DNA of 64,000 bases, taken from NCBI GenBank assembly GCA_015711955.1, contig JACVJK010000001.1, positions 2,966 through 66,965 of the forward strand. Direction: 5' to 3'. Origin of the DNA: Actinomycetota bacterium. Its GTDB lineage: Bacteria; Actinomycetota; Geothermincolia; Geothermincolales; RBG-13-55-18. Every line of letters starts with the position of its first letter. Position 1 is the stretch's first letter. The position numbers and the translations under genes are program-made. Below the pieces are notes generated by a model. It was not told the origin of the DNA and searched no databases. It saw only the letters and a list, made by a program, of their open reading frames with translations. This document shows positions 17,901 to 26,338 of this stretch, piece by piece.

Positions 17901-19613
17901 TCATCGTGTCTGCTTGCCAACCATGTCCTTGGTGTTGATCTTGTTGAGGGAAAGGGGTACCCCCAACCTAAGCAGGGCAAACTCCATGATCCCGGCAAAA
18001 CATGGGGCGGCGGTGAGCCCACCATAGATGGGAGAGGGATCGTCCAAGGTTATCACCGCCACCAACCTGGGGTCTTCCAGGGGCGCGAAGCCAGCAAAAG
18101 TGGCCATGTAGTCCTTGGTATAGCCTCCCCTCGGGGAGGGCTTCATGGCGGTTCCCGTCTTGCCACCGCAATTGTAGCCCACCATGGCGGCCTGGGTACC
18201 GGTACCGAAGGTGACCACGTCCCCTAGCATCTTCCTGAGGGAAGCCGCGGCCCCTGGGGAACAGACGACATCCCTTTCCGCCGCGTCCTCTTCTCGTCCC
18301 TCTGACCCCTCATTCTTCAGGAAATGGGGCCTCACTTTGTACCCCCCATTGGCCACCGCCGCGGTCACCACGGCCAGCTGCAGAAGGTTCACCGCGATCC
18401 CTTGGCCTATGGCCACCGTGGGCAGGGTGGTATCCGTCCAGTTCCCCAGGGACGGCATCCTTCCAGGGTTCTCACCGGGAAAATCAACCCCTGTGGCTCT
18501 CCCCATGCCCAGACGATCGAGAAAGCGGTGGAGTCCCTCCTTCCCCAACATCTGGGCCGCCTTTATGGTCCCCACGTTGGAGGATTGGGCGATGACCTCG
18601 TCGAAGGTCATGTCGCTTTTGGGCATGGGATGGGCATCTTTGAAGGTGGAATTGCCCACCCTCAACTCTGGTGGTATGTGAAAGACGGTGTTGGGAGAAA
18701 CCACTCCCGCCTCCAAGCAGGCCAAGGCGGTGGCAACCTTGAGAACGGAGCCGGGCTCGAAAGCGTCAGTGATGACACGGTTTCTGGCTATCTCCGGTTT
18801 CGTCTCGGGGAAGCGGTTCAGGTCGAAGTCGGGGTATACGCCCAACGCGAGGATCTCTCCTGTCTGAGCGTCCATCACGACCCCTGCCCCCCACGAAGCC
18901 CCGGTGTCGACCACGATCTTTTTCAGTTGATCCTGCAGCTTGAACTGGATCTGGGCGTCTATGGTGATTAGCACGTCTCTTCCGTTTTCCGGTTCCTCCA
19001 GCATCCTGTTCACCCCTGGGATGGGTTCGCCCCTGGCGTCCAACTCCATCGCTGCCTTGCCCGGCTTGCCGGCGAGCAATTCCTCATATTGGAGCTCCAG
19101 CCCTGCCAAACCCACATTGTCGATGCCCACGTAGCCCAAGACGTGACAGGCCAGCTCCCGGTTGGGATAGACTCTTTTGCTGTCCTTTTCCAGGCCCACG
19201 CCATCTAAGTTCCGGGCCCTGATGGCCTCGGCGACAGAACCGTCCACCTTCCTGGCCAGGTACACGAAACCCCGGCTGGATTTAATCCTGTTCTCCAAGT
19301 CCCCACGGGGCATCTTCAGCAACAAGGAAAGCTCCGAGGCCACCTTGGACACGTCCTTGACCAGGTAGGAGATGGCGTAAACGTTGTAGCAATCCATGCT
19401 GTAAGCCAAAACCTCTCCATTGCGATCCAAGATCCTTCCTCTCTTGGGCTTGAGCTCCAGAAGATGGCTCCTCTGATCTTCCGCCAGCTTGCGGTACTCC
19501 TCGGCCCTGACCAGTTGCAGATAAGCCAGCCTCCCCATCACGGCGGAAAAGCCCAGAAGGAAGGTTATAAAAAGACAGAGAACCCTCAGGTCCCTTCTTT
19601 CCCTCCTTGCCAT
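17901..19613 (-). CDS. ftsI: Penicillin-binding protein 2B/FtsI-type transpeptidase (class B PBP)
   Basis: N-terminal transmembrane segment and dimerisation domain, then a transpeptidase domain with SxxK (ASTFK-like), SSN and KTGTA motifs. 570 aa. Confidence 0.9.
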   Translation of the reverse strand: MARRERRDLRVLCLFITFLLGFSAVMGRLAYLQLVRAEEYRKLAEDQRSHLLELKPKRGRILDRNGEVLAYSMDCYNVYAISYLVKDVSKVASELSLLLKMPRGDLENRIKSSRGFVYLARKVDGSVAEAIRARNLDGVGLEKDSKRVYPNRELACHVLGYVGIDNVGLAGLELQYEELLAGKPGKAAMELDARGEPIPGVNRMLEEPENGRDVLITIDAQIQFKLQDQLKKIVVDTGASWGAGVVMDAQTGEILALGVYPDFDLNRFPETKPEIARNRVITDAFEPGSVLKVATALACLEAGVVSPNTVFHIPPELRVGNSTFKDAHPMPKSDMTFDEVIAQSSNVGTIKAAQMLGKEGLHRFLDRLGMGRATGVDFPGENPGRMPSLGNWTDTTLPTVAIGQGIAVNLLQLAVVTAAVANGGYKVRPHFLKNEGSEGREEDAAERDVVCSPGAAASLRKMLGDVVTFGTGTQAAMVGYNCGGKTGTAMKPSPRGGYTKDYMATFAGFAPLEDPRLVAVITLDDPSPIYGGLTAAPCFAGIMEFALLRLGVPLSLNKINTKDMVGKQTR

Positions 19614-19659
19614 CTCGACCTCCGTGACCGTCGGAGGCGGCAGGGCGCCGCGTCCCTCA

Positions 19660-20112
19660 TCATCTACCTGAACCTGAAATCGGTTCCTCGGTCAGCACCT
19701 TCCCTTCATCGGGATCTTCTGACATCACCCTTACCGGGTCGGTTCCCCGGACCATTCCCAGAACTCTCTCCGCCACCCCCTCCAGTTCGCGCACCGATTC
19801 CGCCGCGGCGACCTGAGCCCTCAGCTCCTCCTGCTTGAGCCTCTCTTGCTGGATCAACTTCTCCAGTTCCCGAGCCTTTATCTCCCGCCGGGAAGCCAGA
19901 TCCTGGACGAATAGGGTAGCCGCCAAAAAGGACGCCACCACGAGGGCGGCCGCCATGGCGAGCAGGAAAACCCTGCGGACCAGCCGTGCCCACCGAGACC
20001 TCTGCGCCAAGCGAGATATGTCCCTCTCCTGGCGCTTTTCCCAAGAGGGGGTCGGGACGCGATCAGGGTGAGACGCCCTTTTCCACTCCAGCGCCAGCGA
20101 CAAGCCGGCCAC
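19660..20112 (-). CDS. ftsL: FtsL/DivIC-like cell division protein (single transmembrane segment plus coiled coil)
   Basis: 150 aa: a cytoplasmic basic N-terminus, the transmembrane segment VFLLAMAAALVVASFLAATLFV, then a heptad-rich segment REIKARELEKLIQQERLKQEELRAQV. It sits between rsmH and ftsI. Confidence 0.6.
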   Translation of the reverse strand: MAGLSLALEWKRASHPDRVPTPSWEKRQERDISRLAQRSRWARLVRRVFLLAMAAALVVASFLAATLFVQDLASRREIKARELEKLIQQERLKQEELRAQVAAAESVRELEGVAERVLGMVRGTDPVRVMSEDPDEGKVLTEEPISGSGR

Positions 20113-20124
20113 CTCCCTGCAATG

Positions 20125-21072
20125 CTAACGTCCTCTCATCTCCAGCGCTCTCAGCCTAGCGCTCCTTGCCCTCGGGTTGAGCGCGATCTCCTCCGGCGTA
20201 GGCCTCAAAATCCCCGGGGTGAGCAATCGAGCAGGCTCATCCGCCCCGCAAGAACACTCCTCACTCACCGGACAGCGGCATCGGCCCGCGCGCTTGGCGA
20301 AAAACTTCTTCACGATCCTGTCCTCCAAAGAATGGTAGGAGATGCACACCATCCTCCCGCCCGGAGCCAGCACCTCCCACGCGGCCGCAAGGCCCTGCTT
20401 TATCTCCTCCAGCTCCCGATTGACTTCGATGCGCAAGGCCTGAAAAGTCCTGCGGGCAGGGTGGCCCCCTCTCCTCCGAGCCGGGGCAGGGATAGCCTCC
20501 CTCACAACCTCAGCCAATCGATCCGTGGTATCGATGGGCGCGCGCTCTCTTTCGTGGACGATGCGCCGAGCGATACGGGAAGCCCAACGCTCCTCGCCGT
20601 ACTCGCGGATAACGCGCGCCAGCTCTCCCTCCTCATAGGTGTTCACCACCTTCCACGCGTCCAGGGGTTGCCTCATGTCCATCCGCATATCCAGCGGCCC
20701 GGGATGACGGAAAGAGAACCCTCTTCTTGGATCCTCCAATTGAAGGGCGGAAACCCCGAAGTCGAAGAGCACGCCTTCCACCGCCTCTATCCCCTGATCC
20801 GTAAGCGCCTGCTTCAAGAGGGAGAAGGGGGATTGGACCAAGATCACCGCAGCACCGAAGCGCTCCAGCCTTCGCCTGGCTCTCTTCAAGGCCTCCTCGT
20901 CCCTGTCCAATCCCACTAAGCACCCTCTACCCTCCATGCGCGTCAGTATGGCCTCCGCATGGCCTCCCTCCCCCACGGTGGCATCCACCAGCGTGATGCC
21001 GGGCCGAGGTCGGAGAAGCTCCAAGACTTCCTGGAGCAAAACGGGCACATGTCTGTAATCCCCTTCATTCAT
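20125..21072 (-). CDS. rsmH: 16S rRNA (cytosine1402-N4)-methyltransferase RsmH/MraW
   Basis: HVPVLLQEVLELL...DATVGEGGHAEAIL SAM-methyltransferase signature. 315 aa. Confidence 0.9.
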   Translation of the reverse strand: MNEGDYRHVPVLLQEVLELLRPRPGITLVDATVGEGGHAEAILTRMEGRGCLVGLDRDEEALKRARRRLERFGAAVILVQSPFSLLKQALTDQGIEAVEGVLFDFGVSALQLEDPRRGFSFRHPGPLDMRMDMRQPLDAWKVVNTYEEGELARVIREYGEERWASRIARRIVHERERAPIDTTDRLAEVVREAIPAPARRRGGHPARRTFQALRIEVNRELEEIKQGLAAAWEVLAPGGRMVCISYHSLEDRIVKKFFAKRAGRCRCPVSEECSCGADEPARLLTPGILRPTPEEIALNPRARSARLRALEMRGR

Positions 21073-21190
21073 CTCTTCCGACTCGGCGGGCCACTCTCAG
21101 CAACGAAAGGGTGGGGGAGGCCCTGAGAAGTGGCCAACGTCGTCTTCGTCTCAAATAAAAAATCAATTTCAGTCCCCTCTTTTCGGTCTA

Positions 21191-21622
21191 TTAAAAGCCC
21201 AGGTGGCCCAACTTGCTGGCCATCTCCCCGCTCCTGCTCCACCCTCCTGCCACCATTTTCTCCCAACGAGCCCGATCCCAGATCTCCACCCGGTTGTTAA
21301 GTCCCACGATGGCCACCTCCCTTTCCAGGCCTGCCATTTGCCTCAACCGGGGAGGTATGGTCAGCCTCCCTTGGCGGTCGGGCACCGCCTCGTAGGCCAG
21401 CCCCATGAAGAGCCTTTCCAGGAACCTCTTCTCCTCCATGCCCTCGGGAATGCTCTCCAATCTCTCCATGAACTTCTGGAACTGCCCCCGGGGGAATATG
21501 GCCACGCATTCCTCAAACCAGGGCACCAACACCACTCCCTCTTCCAACTTGGGGCGGAAGCGGGAGGGCATGATGACCCTGCCCTTCTCGTCCAAAGCGT
21601 GCTCGTGCGTGCCGAGGAACAA
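21191..21622 (-). CDS. mraZ: Transcriptional regulator MraZ
   Basis: MFLGTHEHALDEKGRVIMPSRFR..., the duplicated MraZ/SpoVT-AbrB fold. 143 aa. First gene of the cluster. Confidence 0.9.
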   Translation of the reverse strand: MFLGTHEHALDEKGRVIMPSRFRPKLEEGVVLVPWFEECVAIFPRGQFQKFMERLESIPEGMEEKRFLERLFMGLAYEAVPDRQGRLTIPPRLRQMAGLEREVAIVGLNNRVEIWDRARWEKMVAGGWSRSGEMASKLGHLGF

Positions 21623-21711
21623 TCTTTCTCAATCCTCTCCCATCACGTCGCCCACGTCGGCGCGATTGGCCATTCTCCCTCCACCAAAATGCCCCATTAA
21701 TGTATCGGCCA

Positions 21712-21745
21712 ACCACTTACCTCCACTTTACACCACTTTACACCA
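21712..21745 (-). promoter_or_regulatory. Putative MraZ operator: four GTGG (CCAC on the plus strand) direct repeats at exact 10-bp spacing
   Basis: CCACTTACCT / CCACTTTACA / CCACTTTACA / CCACCGACAA at 21712, 21722, 21732 and 21742. E. coli and Bacillus MraZ bind GTGGG-N5 direct repeats at 10-bp periodicity in their own promoters. The site is about 90-120 bp upstream of the mraZ start. Confidence 0.5.
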
Positions 21746-22197
21746 CCGACAAAAGACGGACAAGCCCCATGGGGATCTCGTGCGCCCCGCCCTCCTTTTA
21801 CCGGTTTTGTCTTGCTGCTTCGGTTCTTTCAAGGTGGAGGACGTCGCACGCCCGTACGCCAAGCTCCTGACGAGGTCAGCGAGGTTGGGCCGGTTCGGGC
21901 GCGGCTCATCCGAGGAAGGCACCGTGACGTCCCGCCCCCGGGAATGTCGGCGCCAAAAGACGGTGAGCGGCCAGATGAGGTTCTTTTTGGGCTGCAAGCA
22001 ATGACTCCACAACGTGCGGAGCGCAGTCTCCGAGCCATGCGCGTAAGTCCGTGCCGAAAACACGGCAATGGCCGACGGTACGGTTTTCCGCGATCCCTCC
22101 TCGCCGGTGCTTCGAGGTGATTGGGCTTAGTTCGAGGAGAGGTCCTGGCTCGATCAGCGCAAGCGTGGTTAGGGCTCGAGAGGCGGCAAAGTCGGGT

Positions 22198-23496
22198 TCA
22201 GGAGGAGACCAGGGGAAGGCGTTCCTCGTCCGGTTCCCCCACTTTCCTCTTGGCCTCCAGCCAGCGCTCCACCAAGTATGGCTTGAGGTTCTCGAAAACC
22301 TCCGCCTGGCGCAGGACTATCTGTTCTGCCTCCATGTTGGACATGTTCCTGGTCTTCACGGCGAAGTCCGCCGTGCGGGCACAGTAGAGAGGCATGAGGG
22401 ATCGTACTATATCTGAGGGAGTCAGGTCACAGTAGAAGTTGTAGGCCACCGCGAAATCGTAAACCACCCTTGCCCACAGGGTCTCGGGGAAGTTGAAGTC
22501 CCTCAGCCCCGAGAAGTCGGTGGCCATCTTAACCTCGAGGAAATTAGGCGGCTCCATCACGCTCTTCCATATCTCCTCGTACTCGCTGAAGCCCACCACG
22601 AAGTGATCCACCAAGTTCTCCACGTTGATCTCCATGGGGGCTGGATCCTGGTGGGACTGAGACCCGAAGATCCTGGTACCCGTGCTGCCCTTAACCTGCA
22701 GCCACTTCACCTCATGCACCCCCATGAGATAGAAAATCGTGGCAACCACCTGGGCAAACATGGAGCCCAAGTCGCTCCCGGGGTCCTTGACGTTGTGGAT
22801 CTTCACTCCCATGGCCGCCTGGCATACCCGGAAACCCTCGGTGATAGCGGTGGTGGTCATCCATATGTCTATGCCGAATTTGGCGATGTCGGTCCTCCAC
22901 ACATCCTGATGGGAATAGACCAAGGCCAAAGAGCCAGTGAAACCGAAATCCCCCCCTATGGGCTGCCTTATCCTTCTCCCGTAGAGGGCCCGAGTGAGGG
23001 GATAGGCGATGTTGTTGGTGATGGTGCCGTCGTACTTGTGCCTGATGTAATAGGGGGCCACGAAACCGTAGCTGTGCTTCCACACCGGTTCCCCCAGCCA
23101 CTTTATCCACTCCGGCGTGATGCTGCGCAGGTCGGAGTCCACCACGATGCATATGCGGGTCTTGAGCCGGCTCGCTATCTCGAAGATGGCGTGGAAAGCG
23201 GATCCCTTGCCGGGAAGACCCTTGTAAGGGGTGACGATCTTCTCAACTTGAGGAGGGACCGGAGTATCCAGAACCACCTGCACCGTGTTGTCGGTGGACC
23301 CCCCGTCCGAGTTCACCAGCACCGGTTTTAAGTCTGGGAAATAACGCACCATTCCCTCCGCCGCCGTCCTCACCACGTGGGCGATGGTGTCGGCGTTGCG
23401 GAAACTGGGAATGCCCACCAGTATATCGGCCCTGCCGATCTTCTCGCAGCGCCTTATGACCTCGTCGTCCAGGACGCTCCTGGAGGATTCCGCCAT
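22198..23496 (-). CDS. GT-A fold glycosyltransferase (GT2/GT81-like; resembles glucosyl-3-phosphoglycerate synthase) with C-terminal extension
   Basis: ILVGIPSFRNADTIAHVV...VLVNSDGGSTDNT...PGKGSA...IVVDSDL (DxD) plus ~180 extra C-terminal residues. 432 aa. The specific product is not established. Confidence 0.65.
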   Translation of the reverse strand: MAESSRSVLDDEVIRRCEKIGRADILVGIPSFRNADTIAHVVRTAAEGMVRYFPDLKPVLVNSDGGSTDNTVQVVLDTPVPPQVEKIVTPYKGLPGKGSAFHAIFEIASRLKTRICIVVDSDLRSITPEWIKWLGEPVWKHSYGFVAPYYIRHKYDGTITNNIAYPLTRALYGRRIRQPIGGDFGFTGSLALVYSHQDVWRTDIAKFGIDIWMTTTAITEGFRVCQAAMGVKIHNVKDPGSDLGSMFAQVVATIFYLMGVHEVKWLQVKGSTGTRIFGSQSHQDPAPMEINVENLVDHFVVGFSEYEEIWKSVMEPPNFLEVKMATDFSGLRDFNFPETLWARVVYDFAVAYNFYCDLTPSDIVRSLMPLYCARTADFAVKTRNMSNMEAEQIVLRQAEVFENLKPYLVERWLEAKRKVGEPDEERLPLVSS

Positions 23497-23589
23497 GGTA
23501 ACCTCCGATGGGAAAACCGGGTTATTTCACAGCTGGGACGGAGAGATCCCTCTCGGCGTCGTCACCCTGATCTCGCACCCGGTTTTCCC

Positions 23590-24801
23590 CTAATTATAGA
23601 GGCTCTCCAGAAAGGCTTGAATGCGCCCGGAAGCGGCCACCGTTTCCACACAGGCTCGGTACCTGTTCAGGAAGTCCGCATATGCCAGGGCGGGCGGGGT
23701 GCCGTCCAGCACCACTTGTTTCCGGTTGAGATTGGCCATGCTCTCCCGGAATCCTCTCTCGTCCCCTTGGGATAGGTAACTCAGCCCCATGAGCACACAG
23801 GTCTTGAAGATCAAGTCCTCCAGGTCTTCCCTCAGGAATCTGCCGGGATAGGGATCCAGTTCCTCCGGCCTCACCCTGATCCAGCCCTCGGGAAGTCGGG
23901 AGCTTATCTTCTCCCGGGTGTATATGAATCGATCCACGTCCTCCCGGAAGCGCCTCCAAAGGGGAGCGGTCTTGGGAGGAGGTAGATGGCGTATCCTCAA
24001 GCCGGGATGGAGGTAGAACTGGTAACCCAACATCCGAGCGTTTATGAGATAATCTATGTCCTCTCCTCGCGTGATCCGGGGATCGAAGGCCACCTTCATG
24101 ATCAGCTCCCGGTGAACGACCATGTTCCCCCCGAAGACCCAGGGCGTGATCCGCAGCTCATCTGCCTCTTCGATAATGGCCAGTGCGGCGTTCATGGATT
24201 CCACCGAGGGCCAACAGGAAAAGACCCAATCTTTCTGGGGAGGCAGGTAAACGCTCCCGTCCGCGTTAACGTAAACTCCCGCCAGTGCCCCCACGAAGCG
24301 CCCATGGAACTCCTTGCCCAGTACCTCCTCCACTTTGAGCAGGTAATCCGGGTCCTCGTACACCTCGTCGTCGTCGAATAACACCGCCGCCTCCGCACCC
24401 AGCCCGCAGGCGGCTGCAAGGCATACGTTGCGGATGTTGGAATATCCACGAAGCTCCAAAACCTCGGCCACTTCGTTCCCCGCCTCGTCCCGCAAGAGAT
24501 CTTTTACGCGCCGAAGGGCGCTGGGTCCCAAGAAGGCCAACGGATAGCGACCGCGGTAACGGTTCACTATGGAGGAGGCCCTCTCCTCCATCTCCCGCTC
24601 CAGCTCTTCGGCCACCGCCGCGCCCACCACCAAAACCCTAAGGTCAGGGTGACTTAAAACGCCTATGCTCTCCAGGGCCCTCCCCAGGGTTCCTTCCTGA
24701 TCAAGGCAAGTGGGGTGGTCGTAACAGGCGTCCTCGTCCCGCATCGGTTCACCGCCACGCCTTCCCCAATAGGTAGGGATTACCAAAACCAGCTTCATCA
24801 C
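23590..24801 (-). CDS. Putative GT-A glycosyltransferase, unassigned family
   Basis: LVLVIPTYW N-terminus and VLFDDDEVYEDPDY acidic DxD-like motif. 403 aa. No closer family recognised. Confidence 0.5.
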   Translation of the reverse strand: MMKLVLVIPTYWGRRGGEPMRDEDACYDHPTCLDQEGTLGRALESIGVLSHPDLRVLVVGAAVAEELEREMEERASSIVNRYRGRYPLAFLGPSALRRVKDLLRDEAGNEVAEVLELRGYSNIRNVCLAAACGLGAEAAVLFDDDEVYEDPDYLLKVEEVLGKEFHGRFVGALAGVYVNADGSVYLPPQKDWVFSCWPSVESMNAALAIIEEADELRITPWVFGGNMVVHRELIMKVAFDPRITRGEDIDYLINARMLGYQFYLHPGLRIRHLPPPKTAPLWRRFREDVDRFIYTREKISSRLPEGWIRVRPEELDPYPGRFLREDLEDLIFKTCVLMGLSYLSQGDERGFRESMANLNRKQVVLDGTPPALAYADFLNRYRACVETVAASGRIQAFLESLYN

Positions 24802-25028
24802 TCACCTCCGAGGCCACGAACCCTTCTTCCCGATGGCACCTCCTCCCGACCCGATCCCTTTAGGCGATCGGCGCCAGAGACTCTCTCCCAGCAGCTAATC
24901 CATCGTCTTTCCCGACCCTTTCCTTAAACCGTCATCGCGGCCTTTATCGACGGACAGCGGCTTGAAAAAACTTTCATGACGAGGCATTCTCGTAGACTCA
25001 AGATTCGGTCTTGCCGGCGGGGACCACA

Positions 25029-26063
25029 TCAAGTATCTCCCAGGCGATATCGGGCTCGGGTCGCGTACTCCGGGTTCATGACGTTCTTGGGATTTCCTCC
25101 ATAGAAGGAGACCACGTTTTCCACGGCAATCTCCGTCATGCGGTCCTTGGCCTCTCGGGTGTTGAAGGCGATGTGAGGAGTCATCACCACATTCTCCAGC
25201 CCCACCAACTCCGAGAGGTCGGGGGTGGGCTCTCCCGGGAAGTTGTCCAATCCAGCCCCCCTTAGCTTGCCGCTCTTCAGGGCGACGACCAAGGCCTTCA
25301 GATCCAGGACCTCTCCCCGGCTGGTGTTGATGAGTATGGCTCCCTCGGGCATGAGCTCGAGCTCCCTTTTGCCCACCAAGTTAACCGTCTCCGGGGTGAG
25401 AGGCACGTGAAGGCTAACGATCTCGCAGCTTTTGAAAAGCTCGTCGAAGCTCAGGTAAGTGGCCACTTTCTCCATCTGCGGGCGTCGCCGAGGGTCATGG
25501 TAGAAGACCCTCATTCCCAGGGATTGGCATAGGCGAGCCATTTCCCCACCCACGGCCCCCAATCCCAGCAGGCCTATCCGACGTCCCTTGAGCTGGATTC
25601 CCTCCCGGGACCACGAGGTCCACTCTCCCCTTCGCAGGTCGCGGTCGCCGCGGGCGATGTGGCGGGCCACTGCCAGAAGGAGCCCGAGAGCGTGCTCGGC
25701 CACCGATCGGTTACCGTAATCCGGGGTGTTTGTGACCGCTATGCCGAGCCTCGTCGCCTCCTCCAAATCCACGAAATTGGCGGCCCCCACCCCTATGTAG
25801 GAAACTATCTCCAGGTTTTGGCACCGCCTCAACACCTCGGGGGTGAGTCGCGACCAGTCCAGGAAGACGGCGTGCGCTATGGATATTCTTTCCAGTAAAA
25901 GATCCCGCTCTTCTATACGGTTCTTGTAATAACGATAAGACCCGTGAGCGAGCAGTGGGGCCAGGACCTCACGGTAAGCTGTCTCGCCACCGATGAACTC
26001 GAGGCCATCGAGGAAAACGAAGAGCCGGTTGCCCTTCCCCACTCCCTCACCTGCCAAGGGCAT
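25029..26063 (-). CDS. D-isomer-specific 2-hydroxyacid dehydrogenase (glycerate dehydrogenase/hydroxypyruvate reductase-like)
   Basis: GVGAANFVDLEEATRLGIAVTNTP, GLLGLGAVGGEMARL NAD-binding loop, catalytic R/E/H arrangement. 344 aa. Confidence 0.85.
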   Translation of the reverse strand: MPLAGEGVGKGNRLFVFLDGLEFIGGETAYREVLAPLLAHGSYRYYKNRIEERDLLLERISIAHAVFLDWSRLTPEVLRRCQNLEIVSYIGVGAANFVDLEEATRLGIAVTNTPDYGNRSVAEHALGLLLAVARHIARGDRDLRRGEWTSWSREGIQLKGRRIGLLGLGAVGGEMARLCQSLGMRVFYHDPRRRPQMEKVATYLSFDELFKSCEIVSLHVPLTPETVNLVGKRELELMPEGAILINTSRGEVLDLKALVVALKSGKLRGAGLDNFPGEPTPDLSELVGLENVVMTPHIAFNTREAKDRMTEIAVENVVSFYGGNPKNVMNPEYATRARYRLGDT

Positions 26064-26142
26064 CTCGTGGCACCTCCCCCGAAGTAAAAATCAGTCAACC
26101 ATCAAGCTTTGCCCCCTCTTCGGGCAGCAGCGTCAAGCGCAA

Positions 26143-26337
26143 TCAATATAGTAGAGGTATTGTTTTGTAGGTTCTAAGGTTCTCGTTCCTTTCGGGGCAC
26201 AAATCGGGGTAATCCCCGTTATAATTCACCACAGTCCGGAGCTCACCAATATTTTTCCAAAAAATGGCGGATTCGATCAGGCCGGGGAAAACAGGGTGAG
26301 GGAACCCCATTAATAAATTTACGTTTTCGGGGGGCAC
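26143..26337 (-). CDS. Possible 64-aa small protein in an AT-rich island (very uncertain)
   Basis: The ORF MPPENVNLLMGFPHPVFPGLIESAIFWKNIGELRTVVNYNGDYPDLCPERNENLRTYKTIPLLY lies in a 275-bp AT-rich spacer. It lacks the Arg/Gly/Pro composition of the window's shadow ORFs. It has no recognisable homolog, and its start overlaps the hisC stop. Confidence 0.15.
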   Translation of the reverse strand: MPPENVNLLMGFPHPVFPGLIESAIFWKNIGELRTVVNYNGDYPDLCPERNENLRTYKTIPLLY

Positions 26338-26338
26338 T

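Noticed and set aside
21750-22197. Possible RNase P RNA, 6S or other ncRNA in the GC-rich mraZ upstream region (an AAAGUCGGG string resembles the RNase P P4 region)
   Set aside because: The surrounding sequence does not match the RNase P consensus (GGAAAGUCCGGGCUCC ... ACAGAACCCGGCUUA) on either strand, and no other ncRNA hallmark was found. Left as unexplained non-coding DNA.
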